DNA of 62,543 bases from Deferribacteres bacterium (GTDB taxonomy: Bacteria > Nitrospirota > Thermodesulfovibrionia > UBA6902): the NCBI GenBank assembly GCA_013152795.1, contig JAADFS010000028.1, positions 1 to 62,543 of the forward strand. Reading direction: 5' to 3'. Position 1 is the first letter of the stretch, and every line of letters starts with the position of its first letter. This document shows positions 31,865 to 40,447 of the stretch, in pieces. The notes beneath the pieces were generated by a model, which saw only the letters and a program-made list of their open reading frames with translations, did not search any database and was not told where the DNA came from. Made by a program: the position numbers and the translations under genes.

Positions 31865-32623
31865 ATGGACAAAAAAACAGTGCAAGACATCCTCAAAGAC
31901 TGGCTGAAGCAACGAGGCTTTGACGGCCTTGCTGGCACTGAATGTGGTTGCGCGCTTGATAATCTCTGCGCATGCGGCGAGTATGTTCTTGCGTGTGAGC
32001 CTGCCAGGTACCGGAACTGTTCAGATTGTGAGTTCGGTATGGTTGAGTGCTCATACCGGGAAACTTATGATGCTAAAGGATGTTTCTATCCTGTTAAGGA
32101 AACGATTAACAGTCAACCGTCAGGCAAGATCATTATCTGCAGTTTCGACGAGAGATATCTGCCAGAGAGGAAGCACAACTCGGCAGGATGGGATTGCAAG
32201 GCATACCTTAAAGTCCCTAAGGATAATGATCCTATTCTTACTCCAATAGCTATTACTCCAAAAAGAGATTCTCTTATACTACCAGGTGCTCGACTCTTTG
32301 TCCCGTTGGGTTTCAGGATGGCCATGCCTCTGGACTGCCATGCGGATATAAGACCTCGCAGCGGCTTGGCGTTTCAACATGGTGTCACGGTCCTGAACTC
32401 TCCCGGCCTTGTGGACCCTGATTACCGGGGGATAGTTTCCACGATATTGATCAACCATAGCGTGGATCAGTTTGTCGTTAAGGATGGGAACCGTATTTGC
32501 CAGATGGTTTTCAGCAAAGATTATCCTGTTGAATTAATTGTTGATTCGGATCATTTTAAAAACTTTGACCAGGCTTATCCCACCGAGCGGGGAGAGGGAG
32601 GGTTTGGGAGTACGGGGAGATGA
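31865..32623 (+). CDS. dut: dUTP diphosphatase with ~100-aa Cys-rich N-terminal extension
   Basis: dUTPase motifs AGWD, RPRSGLA, GLVDPDYRG, RICQMVF and RGEGGFGSTG. N-terminal CGC..CACGEY..C..C..C. Confidence 0.85.
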   Translation: MDKKTVQDILKDWLKQRGFDGLAGTECGCALDNLCACGEYVLACEPARYRNCSDCEFGMVECSYRETYDAKGCFYPVKETINSQPSGKIIICSFDERYLPERKHNSAGWDCKAYLKVPKDNDPILTPIAITPKRDSLILPGARLFVPLGFRMAMPLDCHADIRPRSGLAFQHGVTVLNSPGLVDPDYRGIVSTILINHSVDQFVVKDGNRICQMVFSKDYPVELIVDSDHFKNFDQAYPTERGEGGFGSTGR

Positions 32624-32669
32624 TAGTAACAAAATAAGGAATAACTATAAACATATAAAAATATTTTGC

Positions 32670-32698
32670 TTGACAATGTAAAGCAATTGTGATAAGCT
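32670..32698 (+). promoter_or_regulatory. sigma70-like promoter (TTGACA-17 nt-TAAGCT) for the RHH/DUF4258/DUF2283 module
   Basis: Perfect -35, 17-nt spacer, TAnnnT -10. The ATG at 32705 lies 6 nt after the -10 with no SD, which suggests a leaderless transcript. Confidence 0.4.
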
Positions 32699-32704
32699 TA
32701 AAGC

Positions 32705-32854
32705 ATGAAGGAGAACAAGACGGCACAAGTAATGATACGGCTGACACAAAAAGAGAAGCAGATATTGAAGGAAGAGGCTCAGAAGAGGGGCATATCCATT
32801 ACCGCCTTGATCAGGATTATATTGTATGAAAAAATCCCAAGGCTTAGAGGGTAA
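32705..32854 (+). CDS. ribbon-helix-helix (CopG/MobC-like) small protein
   Basis: 49 aa, not in the ORF track: MKENKTAQVMIRLTQKEKQILKEEAQKRGISITALIRIIL. This is a typical RHH beta-alpha-alpha pattern. Confidence 0.55.
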   Translation: MKENKTAQVMIRLTQKEKQILKEEAQKRGISITALIRIILYEKIPRLRG

Positions 32855-32855
32855 A

Positions 32856-33131
32856 ATGATAATCACAAAACACTTGAAGCATAGAATGAAAGAAAGAGGA
32901 ATTACCCAGGATGAAGTGATGATGACACTTCAGAATGGATGGGATGCAGAGGATGTTCAGGAAGGCACGATAGGCAAAGTCTATGTTTTTGAGTATAATA
33001 GATATTGGAAGGACAAGTTTTATCCTGAAAAGGAAGTCTCGGTATATTTCAAGTATGAAGGGGATACAAAGATACTGATAACTGCCAAGGCAAGATATGG
33101 CAGTGGTTTCCCCAGAGGAGGCAAAAAGTGA
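32856..33131 (+). CDS. DUF4258-like protein (putative toxin)
   Basis: MIITKHLKHRMKERGITQDEVMMTL matches the DUF4258 N-terminal pattern. Start is 1 nt after the RHH stop. Confidence 0.5.
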   Translation: MIITKHLKHRMKERGITQDEVMMTLQNGWDAEDVQEGTIGKVYVFEYNRYWKDKFYPEKEVSVYFKYEGDTKILITAKARYGSGFPRGGKK

Positions 33132-33340
33132 AGATAGAATACGATTATCAGGCCGATGCATTATACATATACTTCTGCGAATCTGGCAAGAAGGTAACAG
33201 AGACGGTTACTGTAAAGCCAGGTGTGCATGTAGACTTTGACGAGGATGGCAGAATTATGGGGCTTGAAGTCCTGTCTGCGTCAAAGGTGATTGACAAGAA
33301 GGTTATTGAGCTTGCTTTGCCGGAAGTTATATCAGCATAA
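33128..33340 (+). CDS. DUF2283-like protein
   Basis: KIEYDYQADALYIYF....GVHVDFDEDGRIMGLEVLSAS matches the DUF2283 pattern. GTGA overlap; GAGGAGG SD. Confidence 0.55.
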   Translation: MKIEYDYQADALYIYFCESGKKVTETVTVKPGVHVDFDEDGRIMGLEVLSASKVIDKKVIELALPEVISA

Positions 33341-33429
33341 CTATAGCTGTCTTTGACAGCCTTATTACCGGTCTCCTGACCGGTCCCGGATCCCCAGACC
33401 GGGAAAGGTGCAGGAGAAAGGAGGATTCC

Positions 33430-33615
33430 ATGAAACACGCTTTAGAAATTACCGAGAGAGATTTGAGAAAAGCTATGGTAGTAGCAAATGGCGAAGAATT
33501 GAAAGTTTTGAAGGAAGCTCTCGAATATAACCGAACGAGTCCTCAATGGCAGTGGGCCTCGGATATCTATAACAGGCTCGCAGCCAAATACGACTTATAT
33601 AAGTTTGACGATTGA
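33430..33615 (+). CDS. hypothetical protein
   Basis: ATG preceded by AAAGGAGG. 61 aa. Confidence 0.4.
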   Translation: MKHALEITERDLRKAMVVANGEELKVLKEALEYNRTSPQWQWASDIYNRLAAKYDLYKFDD

Positions 33616-33623
33616 TTTACCAA

Positions 33624-33657
33624 ATGGCCCTGGGGAAACCCAGGGGCCATTTTTTTA
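33624..33657 (+). terminator. rho-independent terminator
   Basis: ATGGCCCTGGG-GAAA-CCCAGGGGCCAT stem (one bulge) followed by TTTTTTT. Confidence 0.75.
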
Positions 33658-33670
33658 GTGGGAGGTACAT

Positions 33671-33970
33671 ATGATCGAACTTTACTGTAGCGCCGATCCT
33701 GAAAAAATCGGTATAATAACAGATGGAAAATTGAAACCTGAGAGACTGCAAGCACACATACAATCATGTGATGCTTGCAGACAAATGATCAATTTCTACG
33801 CCGAGGCCCACGAAGATTTGCGCTATCAAGATATCTATCTTGCAATCATTCATGTCAAGCAATCAATCACACTCATGGAGCAGACTAAAAGTGCATTCAA
33901 ATCCAAACTCATCGCACAAGCACGAGATGAGGCCGAGAAGGCGATCAATATACTTGAAGACATCATATAA
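33671..33970 (+). CDS. small protein with HxxxCxxC (ZAS-type anti-sigma-like) motif
   Basis: HIQSCDAC motif. GGGAGG SD. 99 aa. Confidence 0.4.
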   Translation: MIELYCSADPEKIGIITDGKLKPERLQAHIQSCDACRQMINFYAEAHEDLRYQDIYLAIIHVKQSITLMEQTKSAFKSKLIAQARDEAEKAINILEDII

Positions 33971-33982
33971 GAAAATAAAAAC

Positions 33983-34002
33983 TGACATAAACTGACACGA
34001 AA
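33983..34002 (+). promoter_or_regulatory. late-operon box A, copy 1 (TGACATAAACTGACACGAAA)
   Basis: 20-nt sequence identical to 38923-38942. Contains a direct repeat ACTGACA-N3-ACTGACA. Sits upstream of the terminase genes. Confidence 0.45.
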
Positions 34003-34108
34003 CCATAGACCTCCAGGTGCCTCTATGATATGATTTCTCGTAGAGGCACGGAATGCCAGATGTGGTTGGAAAGACCGCACCGGGCTTTTTGTCTTCTGGA
34101 GGTCGGCA

Positions 34109-34984
34109 CTGGCGGAAAACGGTCACAATGAAACTTTATCATTAGAGAAGCTTCTCAGAAAGCTCAAGGTCAACGTAGCTCAAAAACTCGTTGGCGGAGA
34201 TACCGGTCTTGCCTCTGAGCTTGAACGCATACATGACCTTGAGCGCCGGCTTGCACTTGAGAAGGCAAGGCAGTCCGAAGCTGACCAGGTCGCCTCTGAA
34301 GCCCCCGGAACAGACTCCACCCTTGAGCGGCTCAAGGTAAGGCGTCGCAAATACACCCTCTCTGAAGCAGCCCTCCAGGCAAGACAGGAAAATGCCCGTA
34401 AATCAACAGGTCCCACAACTCCCGAAGGCAAGGCCGTCAGTGCCCGCAACGCCTGGAAGCATGGCAAATATGCCCGGTCTTTCGTTATGCGTTACATGAG
34501 GCCCTGCAAGTCCACCTGTCCGCAGTATCCCTGCAGCATCGTTGAAGAGGGGAGAACTGCTCCTGGAGGGGAGTGCCTTGAAAAGGAGCATGTGGTTGAG
34601 GCTTTCAACGCAATACTGAAGGCAGCCCTCAATCAGCAATTCGATGAGTTCAACGCCCTTGCAGCCCTCGAGGTTGCAAAGAACATAGAGATAGTGAGGA
34701 AGCTTCAGGAGGCGGTGCTTGATGATGGCGTCGTTGTCTATTCTGAGAAGGTCGATAAAGACGGAAACGTCATCGGCAAGGAACTCAAGCCCCATCCCGC
34801 CCTTCTGGCCCTTCCAAAGCTTATAGCAGACCTCGGCCTTACGCCGCAGGAGATGATGATCACACCCCGGCAGCTTGCCCGGGCGGGCAGGGAGGACGAC
34901 GGCATCAAGAGTATTGCCGACCTTATGAGCGCGATTGGAACTAACCTGAAGGGCAAGAAGGATGAAGATGACAGCAGTGGCTGA
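34109..34984 (+). CDS. terminase small subunit-like protein (start codon uncertain)
   Basis: C-terminal LALPKLIADLGLTPQEMMITPRQL resembles small terminases. The frame is open and protein-like back to 34034 (NARKSTGPTTPEGKAVSARNAWKHGKYA). The first ATG is at 34487, but a CTG at 34109 is preceded by GGAGG. Confidence 0.5.
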   Translation: MAENGHNETLSLEKLLRKLKVNVAQKLVGGDTGLASELERIHDLERRLALEKARQSEADQVASEAPGTDSTLERLKVRRRKYTLSEAALQARQENARKSTGPTTPEGKAVSARNAWKHGKYARSFVMRYMRPCKSTCPQYPCSIVEEGRTAPGGECLEKEHVVEAFNAILKAALNQQFDEFNALAALEVAKNIEIVRKLQEAVLDDGVVVYSEKVDKDGNVIGKELKPHPALLALPKLIADLGLTPQEMMITPRQLARAGREDDGIKSIADLMSAIGTNLKGKKDEDDSSG

Positions 34985-36803
34985 TATGGAACCCCTGAAA
35001 ATCGATGATCTCAAAAAAGGGATCCTTGTCCCCGAGAAGGACTTCGAGAGGTTCCTTCAGCGGTTCGATTGGACATGGCACCAGATAAGCCGCGGCGAAT
35101 TTCCTGCTCCCTTCAGCAGCCTTGACGAGTTCCAGCTCGCCTGTATCTGTGCGGATCCGGTATTATGGACAACTGCCTTTTTGAGGGAACCTGAAGACCC
35201 GGACCATAAAGAACCATATGCCCTATGGGACTACCAGAAGGAATCCCTCAGATATCCTGGACATACGATACATAAATGCGGCGCAGAGGTCGGTAAGACA
35301 AGGGAAATCGTCGCTTACGCTCTCTGGAAGGCATATACTACCCGGAATGGATCTGCTCTGATCGGGGCACCACAACAGACTCATCTTGATGAAATCATTG
35401 AGGCAATATATGATCAGATGCTATGGAATCTTGATCTCAAAAGCGCCCTTGTCAGATGGAAAAAGCATCCGCACCATGCCTTCTATTTCTCAAACCGATT
35501 CAAAGTAGACTTCAGACCCTCCGGGCATGACGGGGAGGCCTACAGGGGAGTCCATGCAAGAACCTTTGCAATCAAGGACGAGGCGGTTAAGGATAAAAAC
35601 AAAAAGCAATGGTCAGAGTTCTGGCGGGCAATCAAGCCGGGATGTATTGCAAAGATATACTCTGTGCCCGACGGAGACCGTTCTTGCGAATTCCACAAGC
35701 TGGCACAGAGGGCAAAGAGCACCAAGAAAGAAGAGGAGGTGCAGATTGAATCATTCCAGGATGTTTCACGCCATGTCAAAAATATTAAGTTCAAGCTTTT
35801 CCACTGGCCGAAAACCATCATGCCGGCTCCTTACTGGTCGGAGGAGCGCCGGAAGTTCTATATCGAACAGTACGGTGGAGAGGATTCTCCGGAATACAGG
35901 CACAATGTCCTCGGAGAGGACGGCGATCCAGAGAATACTGTCTTCCCGTGGCATCAGTTCAAACTCTGCATAAAGGATATCCCCGAGTACAGGGGGGTCA
36001 AGGTACTTGTTGACTCCTCGCACGGAGAGGTCAGGGTTACCGGCTACAAATGCGAATATGTCCCCGGAGAGGATGGCCCGGTGCCGAGAGAAGTAATACT
36101 GCTGGATACGACATTCAGTGTCTCTGAATTCTTTGAGCTGGATGACAGCGGCGAATCAGAGTTCAAGAGATTCATCAGGAATTTCTATATCAGCATGCCG
36201 GGGCTCAAGCGTGGCGGTGGTGATTTCGGGTTCAGCTCTGATCCGACGGAGATAATCGTCAAGCTCATACTCGGCAGAAGGGAGCGCACAGTTGCGAGGC
36301 TCCAGCTCAGGCATGTCACTTACGACCAGCAGTGCCAGGCCCTTGATGCAATCGACGATATTTACGGGCCTGATATTATCTGGGGTACCGACTTCGGCAA
36401 TGCCGGCTCTGCTGTGGCTCACGACCTTCAGGGGCTGCAGATATATGAGCAGAAGGGATATGACGAAAGACTCAGGGGATTCATGTTTGAGTCCACGACT
36501 GAGAATGTGAATGAAGACGGGGAGCCGATCATTGATTCCAAGACCGGCAAGCCCGCCAGGATCACACTGAAGGAGCTGTCAACGGATATTCTCGTCAAAA
36601 AGATGCAGCGCCAGGAGCTGGAGTATCCCCCTGATCCGGATTTTGCATTCTTCTATCCGAATCATACCTGCCGACAGGGGAGCAAACACAGGATCTACAA
36701 AAAAGAAGACGACCATCTTATTGATGCAGACAGGGTGCAGGTACTTGCTCATCTACTCTATGAACCGGTTGAGGATCTCTTTTCAGTGGGGGCAGGGTAT
36801 TGA
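34962..36803 (+). CDS. terminase large subunit
   Basis: Walker A KCGAEVGKT. Size and position upstream of the portal gene. ATG 34986 is an alternative start. Confidence 0.75.
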   Translation: MKMTAVADMEPLKIDDLKKGILVPEKDFERFLQRFDWTWHQISRGEFPAPFSSLDEFQLACICADPVLWTTAFLREPEDPDHKEPYALWDYQKESLRYPGHTIHKCGAEVGKTREIVAYALWKAYTTRNGSALIGAPQQTHLDEIIEAIYDQMLWNLDLKSALVRWKKHPHHAFYFSNRFKVDFRPSGHDGEAYRGVHARTFAIKDEAVKDKNKKQWSEFWRAIKPGCIAKIYSVPDGDRSCEFHKLAQRAKSTKKEEEVQIESFQDVSRHVKNIKFKLFHWPKTIMPAPYWSEERRKFYIEQYGGEDSPEYRHNVLGEDGDPENTVFPWHQFKLCIKDIPEYRGVKVLVDSSHGEVRVTGYKCEYVPGEDGPVPREVILLDTTFSVSEFFELDDSGESEFKRFIRNFYISMPGLKRGGGDFGFSSDPTEIIVKLILGRRERTVARLQLRHVTYDQQCQALDAIDDIYGPDIIWGTDFGNAGSAVAHDLQGLQIYEQKGYDERLRGFMFESTTENVNEDGEPIIDSKTGKPARITLKELSTDILVKKMQRQELEYPPDPDFAFFYPNHTCRQGSKHRIYKKEDDHLIDADRVQVLAHLLYEPVEDLFSVGAGY

Positions 36804-38854
36804 GAATATTCGGATTCGAGATAAAGAAAGCGACACCGACAGCGGTTTTCAGGTCCCAGCTTAGACCCTCCAACGGCCAGGGACCATATACCCGGTATTT
36901 CAGAAACTGGGTCCCCCGGAAAGTAGAGACAGATTTCTACGAGGTATTACGCGAGGCGATCCCGATTATTGATGCAGCTATATGGAGACTCGTGTCTCTT
37001 GACGGGCATATTGTTGTCAAGGGCAATAATGAAGCCATGGTTGACGAGATAAGGGACTGGATGGAGGATGTGAAAGTCAATGATATGCAGAAGGGGCTTC
37101 AATCCTTCCACCAAAACATTACGAACGAGGCCTTTGAGCAGGGATTCGGCCTCGGGGAGTTCATCACGGATAGTAAACGCACAAACATTATCCAGCTCCG
37201 GGTGGCTGACTCAAAGACCATAAAATTCGCCCGCAAAAATTCCAGTATAGAGATATACCAAAAAGCAGATGGAGACCTCGACTGGAGACTCTTGAAACCT
37301 GACAACCTCCTCTACTTTTCGGTCAATAATGAAAACCAGAACCCATACGGAACATCGATCATGCGGTCGATGGAATTCGTCTCAAAGATTCTGGTGACGA
37401 TGCATAATTCTTTGCTGAATGTTTGGGAGCGGTTCGGGGACCCTTCTTTTCAGATTACCTACAAGGCGGGTAAGCGCACCCTCGGCGCTGATACGCTTGA
37501 GCAGAGGCGGCAGAAGATAGCAGAAGAGTTTGATACTTCTGTGAGGAAGAAAAGAGAAGGACAATCCATGGATTTCGTCTCCGTAATAGACAAGGACTCT
37601 GATTTTGAGATAAAGGTCATCGGGGCAGAGGGGCAGGTACTCGAGATGGAGGTTCCGGCCCGGCACGTGCTGGAACAGATCGTATCCAAGACAGGGCTGC
37701 CGCCCTGGATGCTCGGACTCCACTGGTCCACGACGGAGAGAATGGCCGACAAAGAGGTGACCATGCTCCTGCAGGATGTGACAACCCGGCAGGCGGCAAA
37801 ATTGCCGTTTTTCGAGCGCTTGATCAGCACACAGCTCCTGCTGATGGGCAGGACCTGGAAACGTGGCGACTGGTGGATAGAGTTCGAAACCGCCAACCTG
37901 CATGACATCGAGAAACAGGCCCGCGCGAGGTTCCTGAACGCCCAGGCGGATATGTATTACCTGAATGCAGGGATACCGATAGATGAAATACCCAAAAAGA
38001 GCCAGCGGGCAGAAGTAAGCAAGAAGGGGCAGAAGTCACATGGTGGATCGGAATCATGTGGATGTCAGAAGGTACACCATGAGGGCTGCAAGGAACTTAG
38101 AAGACCTTTTGACTGGCCGGATCTGGACAAGGCAGAGCACGATTACGAAAATGAGTTGAAGTACGACTGGTCGGAGCTGAGAGACAAGGTATTCATGATT
38201 CTTGGGTTTGATACCGAGGTTGACCTCGGCAAGCAGGAGATACCGGCAGAGGAGGCATTCAGGTATACGGAAGAGCAGAGGGCTGCAATCATGAAGGCCC
38301 TGAGAGACTGGGTCGATGAATACGATCCAGCAAAGTTTGAGGACTCTGCTGTCAAATTCTACTACGACCTTGCCTATTCTCTCGGCCTCATACAGGCAGC
38401 AATTATGGTAGGGGCAGAGAGACCGATCCTTGACATCATCAGAAACAGCGAGATACTCAAGGAGCTGTATGCTACCGGCTTTGAGCTTGTAAAGAATAGG
38501 GCAACGCTTCACATTGTGAACAAGATTCTCCCTGAACTCGACGCCATGGTCATTGTTGGAACAAATCCGAAAATTGTGGCACAGAGGCTGAAGCAGCTTT
38601 TCGGCAATGCAAATTCTGACTGGGAACGCCTGGCCCGCTCAGAGCTTGCCATGGCTGCAGAGAAGGCAAAGCTCGATGAGTGGAAGGAGTGGAAAGTAAG
38701 GATGGTGGAGTTCACTCCTGCACCTGATGCGTGCCCGATCTGCATGGCCCTGGAAGGAGACTATGAGATCGAAAATGTGCCGGTGCCTGTTGAGGATACC
38801 CATCCCAGGTGCAGATGTTCAACGAGGCCCTCGGAAAGTGAGGTTGAGGGATGA
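36800..38854 (+). CDS. portal protein fused to a Mu F / SPP1 gp7-like head-morphogenesis domain
   Basis: 684 aa. The C-terminal part ends with the gp7/MuF signature CPICMALEGDY..THPRCRCS. TTG start overlaps the terminase stop. Confidence 0.7.
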   Translation: MRIFGFEIKKATPTAVFRSQLRPSNGQGPYTRYFRNWVPRKVETDFYEVLREAIPIIDAAIWRLVSLDGHIVVKGNNEAMVDEIRDWMEDVKVNDMQKGLQSFHQNITNEAFEQGFGLGEFITDSKRTNIIQLRVADSKTIKFARKNSSIEIYQKADGDLDWRLLKPDNLLYFSVNNENQNPYGTSIMRSMEFVSKILVTMHNSLLNVWERFGDPSFQITYKAGKRTLGADTLEQRRQKIAEEFDTSVRKKREGQSMDFVSVIDKDSDFEIKVIGAEGQVLEMEVPARHVLEQIVSKTGLPPWMLGLHWSTTERMADKEVTMLLQDVTTRQAAKLPFFERLISTQLLLMGRTWKRGDWWIEFETANLHDIEKQARARFLNAQADMYYLNAGIPIDEIPKKSQRAEVSKKGQKSHGGSESCGCQKVHHEGCKELRRPFDWPDLDKAEHDYENELKYDWSELRDKVFMILGFDTEVDLGKQEIPAEEAFRYTEEQRAAIMKALRDWVDEYDPAKFEDSAVKFYYDLAYSLGLIQAAIMVGAERPILDIIRNSEILKELYATGFELVKNRATLHIVNKILPELDAMVIVGTNPKIVAQRLKQLFGNANSDWERLARSELAMAAEKAKLDEWKEWKVRMVEFTPAPDACPICMALEGDYEIENVPVPVEDTHPRCRCSTRPSESEVEG

Positions 38855-38925
38855 ACGTGAGATGTCCATATTGTGGAGAGATTTATGAACCGGATTTCGG
38901 GTTATGCCCAAGATGCAGAAATTGA
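38851..38925 (+). CDS. 24-aa zinc-ribbon micro-ORF
   Basis: MNVRCPYCGEIYEPDFGLCPRCRN (CxxC..CxxC). ATGA overlap with the portal stop. Not in the ORF track. Confidence 0.3.
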   Translation: MNVRCPYCGEIYEPDFGLCPRCRN

Positions 38926-38942
38926 CATAAACTGACACGAAA
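38923..38942 (+). promoter_or_regulatory. late-operon box A, copy 2
   Basis: Identical 20-mer, here preceded by T so that it reads TTGACA. Sits upstream of the head-gene cluster. Confidence 0.45.
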
Positions 38943-39023
38943 GTATCGAATTTTCAGACTATATCTGCTATAAATTAAGCAATACCGGGCTTTTTTGTTT
39001 CAGAAAAAATGATGGAGGTGAAT

Positions 39024-39326
39024 ATGAAATCAAGAGATATGAAGGCAGAAGATGCGAAGATCAAAATCCTGGAACTGACGACTCCAGATGAGATCCTCTT
39101 CTTCATCGAAGGAGACAACCGTAAGGGGGTGATCACGACGGCTGACGAGCGTCTGAAGGAGCTTGGTCATAACGGCCTCAAGCACGGCCAGACAGCAAAG
39201 TTTACGGATACGGAAAAAGATTTCAAGGGCTCCGGGGTTGAGGGAAAGAAGGAGGCAGAAGAGAAGGACCATGTCACCTGTGAGGATGTGATTGAGAGAC
39301 TCAGGGCCAAGGGCGTAAAGATATGA
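39024..39326 (+). CDS. hypothetical protein
   Basis: ATG 39024 preceded by GGAGGTG. About 100 aa, acidic. Confidence 0.45.
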   Translation: MKSRDMKAEDAKIKILELTTPDEILFFIEGDNRKGVITTADERLKELGHNGLKHGQTAKFTDTEKDFKGSGVEGKKEAEEKDHVTCEDVIERLRAKGVKI

Positions 39327-40399
39327 AAAAGATATACAGGAAGATACAGGTCCTCAAGGCTGCAGACATGGGGGCGGAAATATCCCCTGAGATGCTTGCG
39401 AAGATCAATGCGTATACATTGAAGGAACTCTCTGCTGAAGATGTATATGTCAGAAAGTTTCTTCTCGCCCATAATGCCATCGACAGGGACAACGAGCGTT
39501 TCCCTGAGGCATTGATAGATGAGTTCGCAGATACCCTGCCGGGCAAGGGTTTTCTCATAGGCCACGAGCGGCCCGGCCCTGGGAGGGGACTGTTCTTTGA
39601 CGCCGCTACAGAGGAGATGCCCCCGGAAAGGTTTGTCGAGCTTACAGGTGAGACACCGAGATTACCGGCTGGGGTAGAGACCGTCAAGGTCCTCTGGGGC
39701 TGGATGTATCTGTTGAGAGAAGCTTTCAACGAGGAGATCATGGCGAACCTGGACGCCGGCATATACCGGCATGTGTCGATAGGTTTCAGGGCTGCTGATC
39801 TTAACGCAGTCAAGGCAGATCCGAACGGAGCAGTTCTGTACTGGGAATATGTACCGCCGGGCGAGGCCACAGAGGGGTCGTTAGTCTGGCTCGGGGCTCA
39901 ACCAGGCGCAACAGCCCAGAAGGCACAGAAGACAGAGTCCGGGGATATAGATACCGAGAAAAAAGGAGGTAAGGAGATGAATGAATTTCTGAAAAGATTG
40001 TCATTGAAGCTCGGCAAGACGTTCTCTGAAGATAACGCCGAAGACGAGATCATGGCGATTTTCAATGAGAAGGATGCGAAGCTCAAAGAGCTTGAAAACA
40101 AGGTAGCCGAGCTTGAACCTCTCGCTGCAGATGGCAGGGCCTACAGGAAGGAGCTCGTCGATTCCTATGTCACTCTCAGGACCAAGCTTGAGGAGCTGCC
40201 CGCGGATGACGAGAACAGACAGAAACAGGCCCGCGAGATTGCCGCCGGCTTTCCTGTCGAGTTTCTGAAGTCAGAAGTTGAAGTGCTTCAGAAGCGAGTC
40301 GAGGAGAAATTCCCCGATGAGGGCCAGTTGAAGGGCGGGGATCCAGACAATCGGGACAAGAATGCAAAGACAAATCCACTCGTGCCTGACGATGATTGA
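39323..40399 (+). CDS. putative prohead protease / scaffold protein
   Basis: Call is by position (between portal and capsid), size, and the coiled-coil Glu/Lys-rich C-terminal half. No catalytic motif identified. Confidence 0.4.
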   Translation: MKKIYRKIQVLKAADMGAEISPEMLAKINAYTLKELSAEDVYVRKFLLAHNAIDRDNERFPEALIDEFADTLPGKGFLIGHERPGPGRGLFFDAATEEMPPERFVELTGETPRLPAGVETVKVLWGWMYLLREAFNEEIMANLDAGIYRHVSIGFRAADLNAVKADPNGAVLYWEYVPPGEATEGSLVWLGAQPGATAQKAQKTESGDIDTEKKGGKEMNEFLKRLSLKLGKTFSEDNAEDEIMAIFNEKDAKLKELENKVAELEPLAADGRAYRKELVDSYVTLRTKLEELPADDENRQKQAREIAAGFPVEFLKSEVEVLQKRVEEKFPDEGQLKGGDPDNRDKNAKTNPLVPDDD

Positions 40400-40447
40400 T
40401 GATCGCTGAGACGGATCAGAAAATCAAATAAAGAAGGAGGTTAAAGG

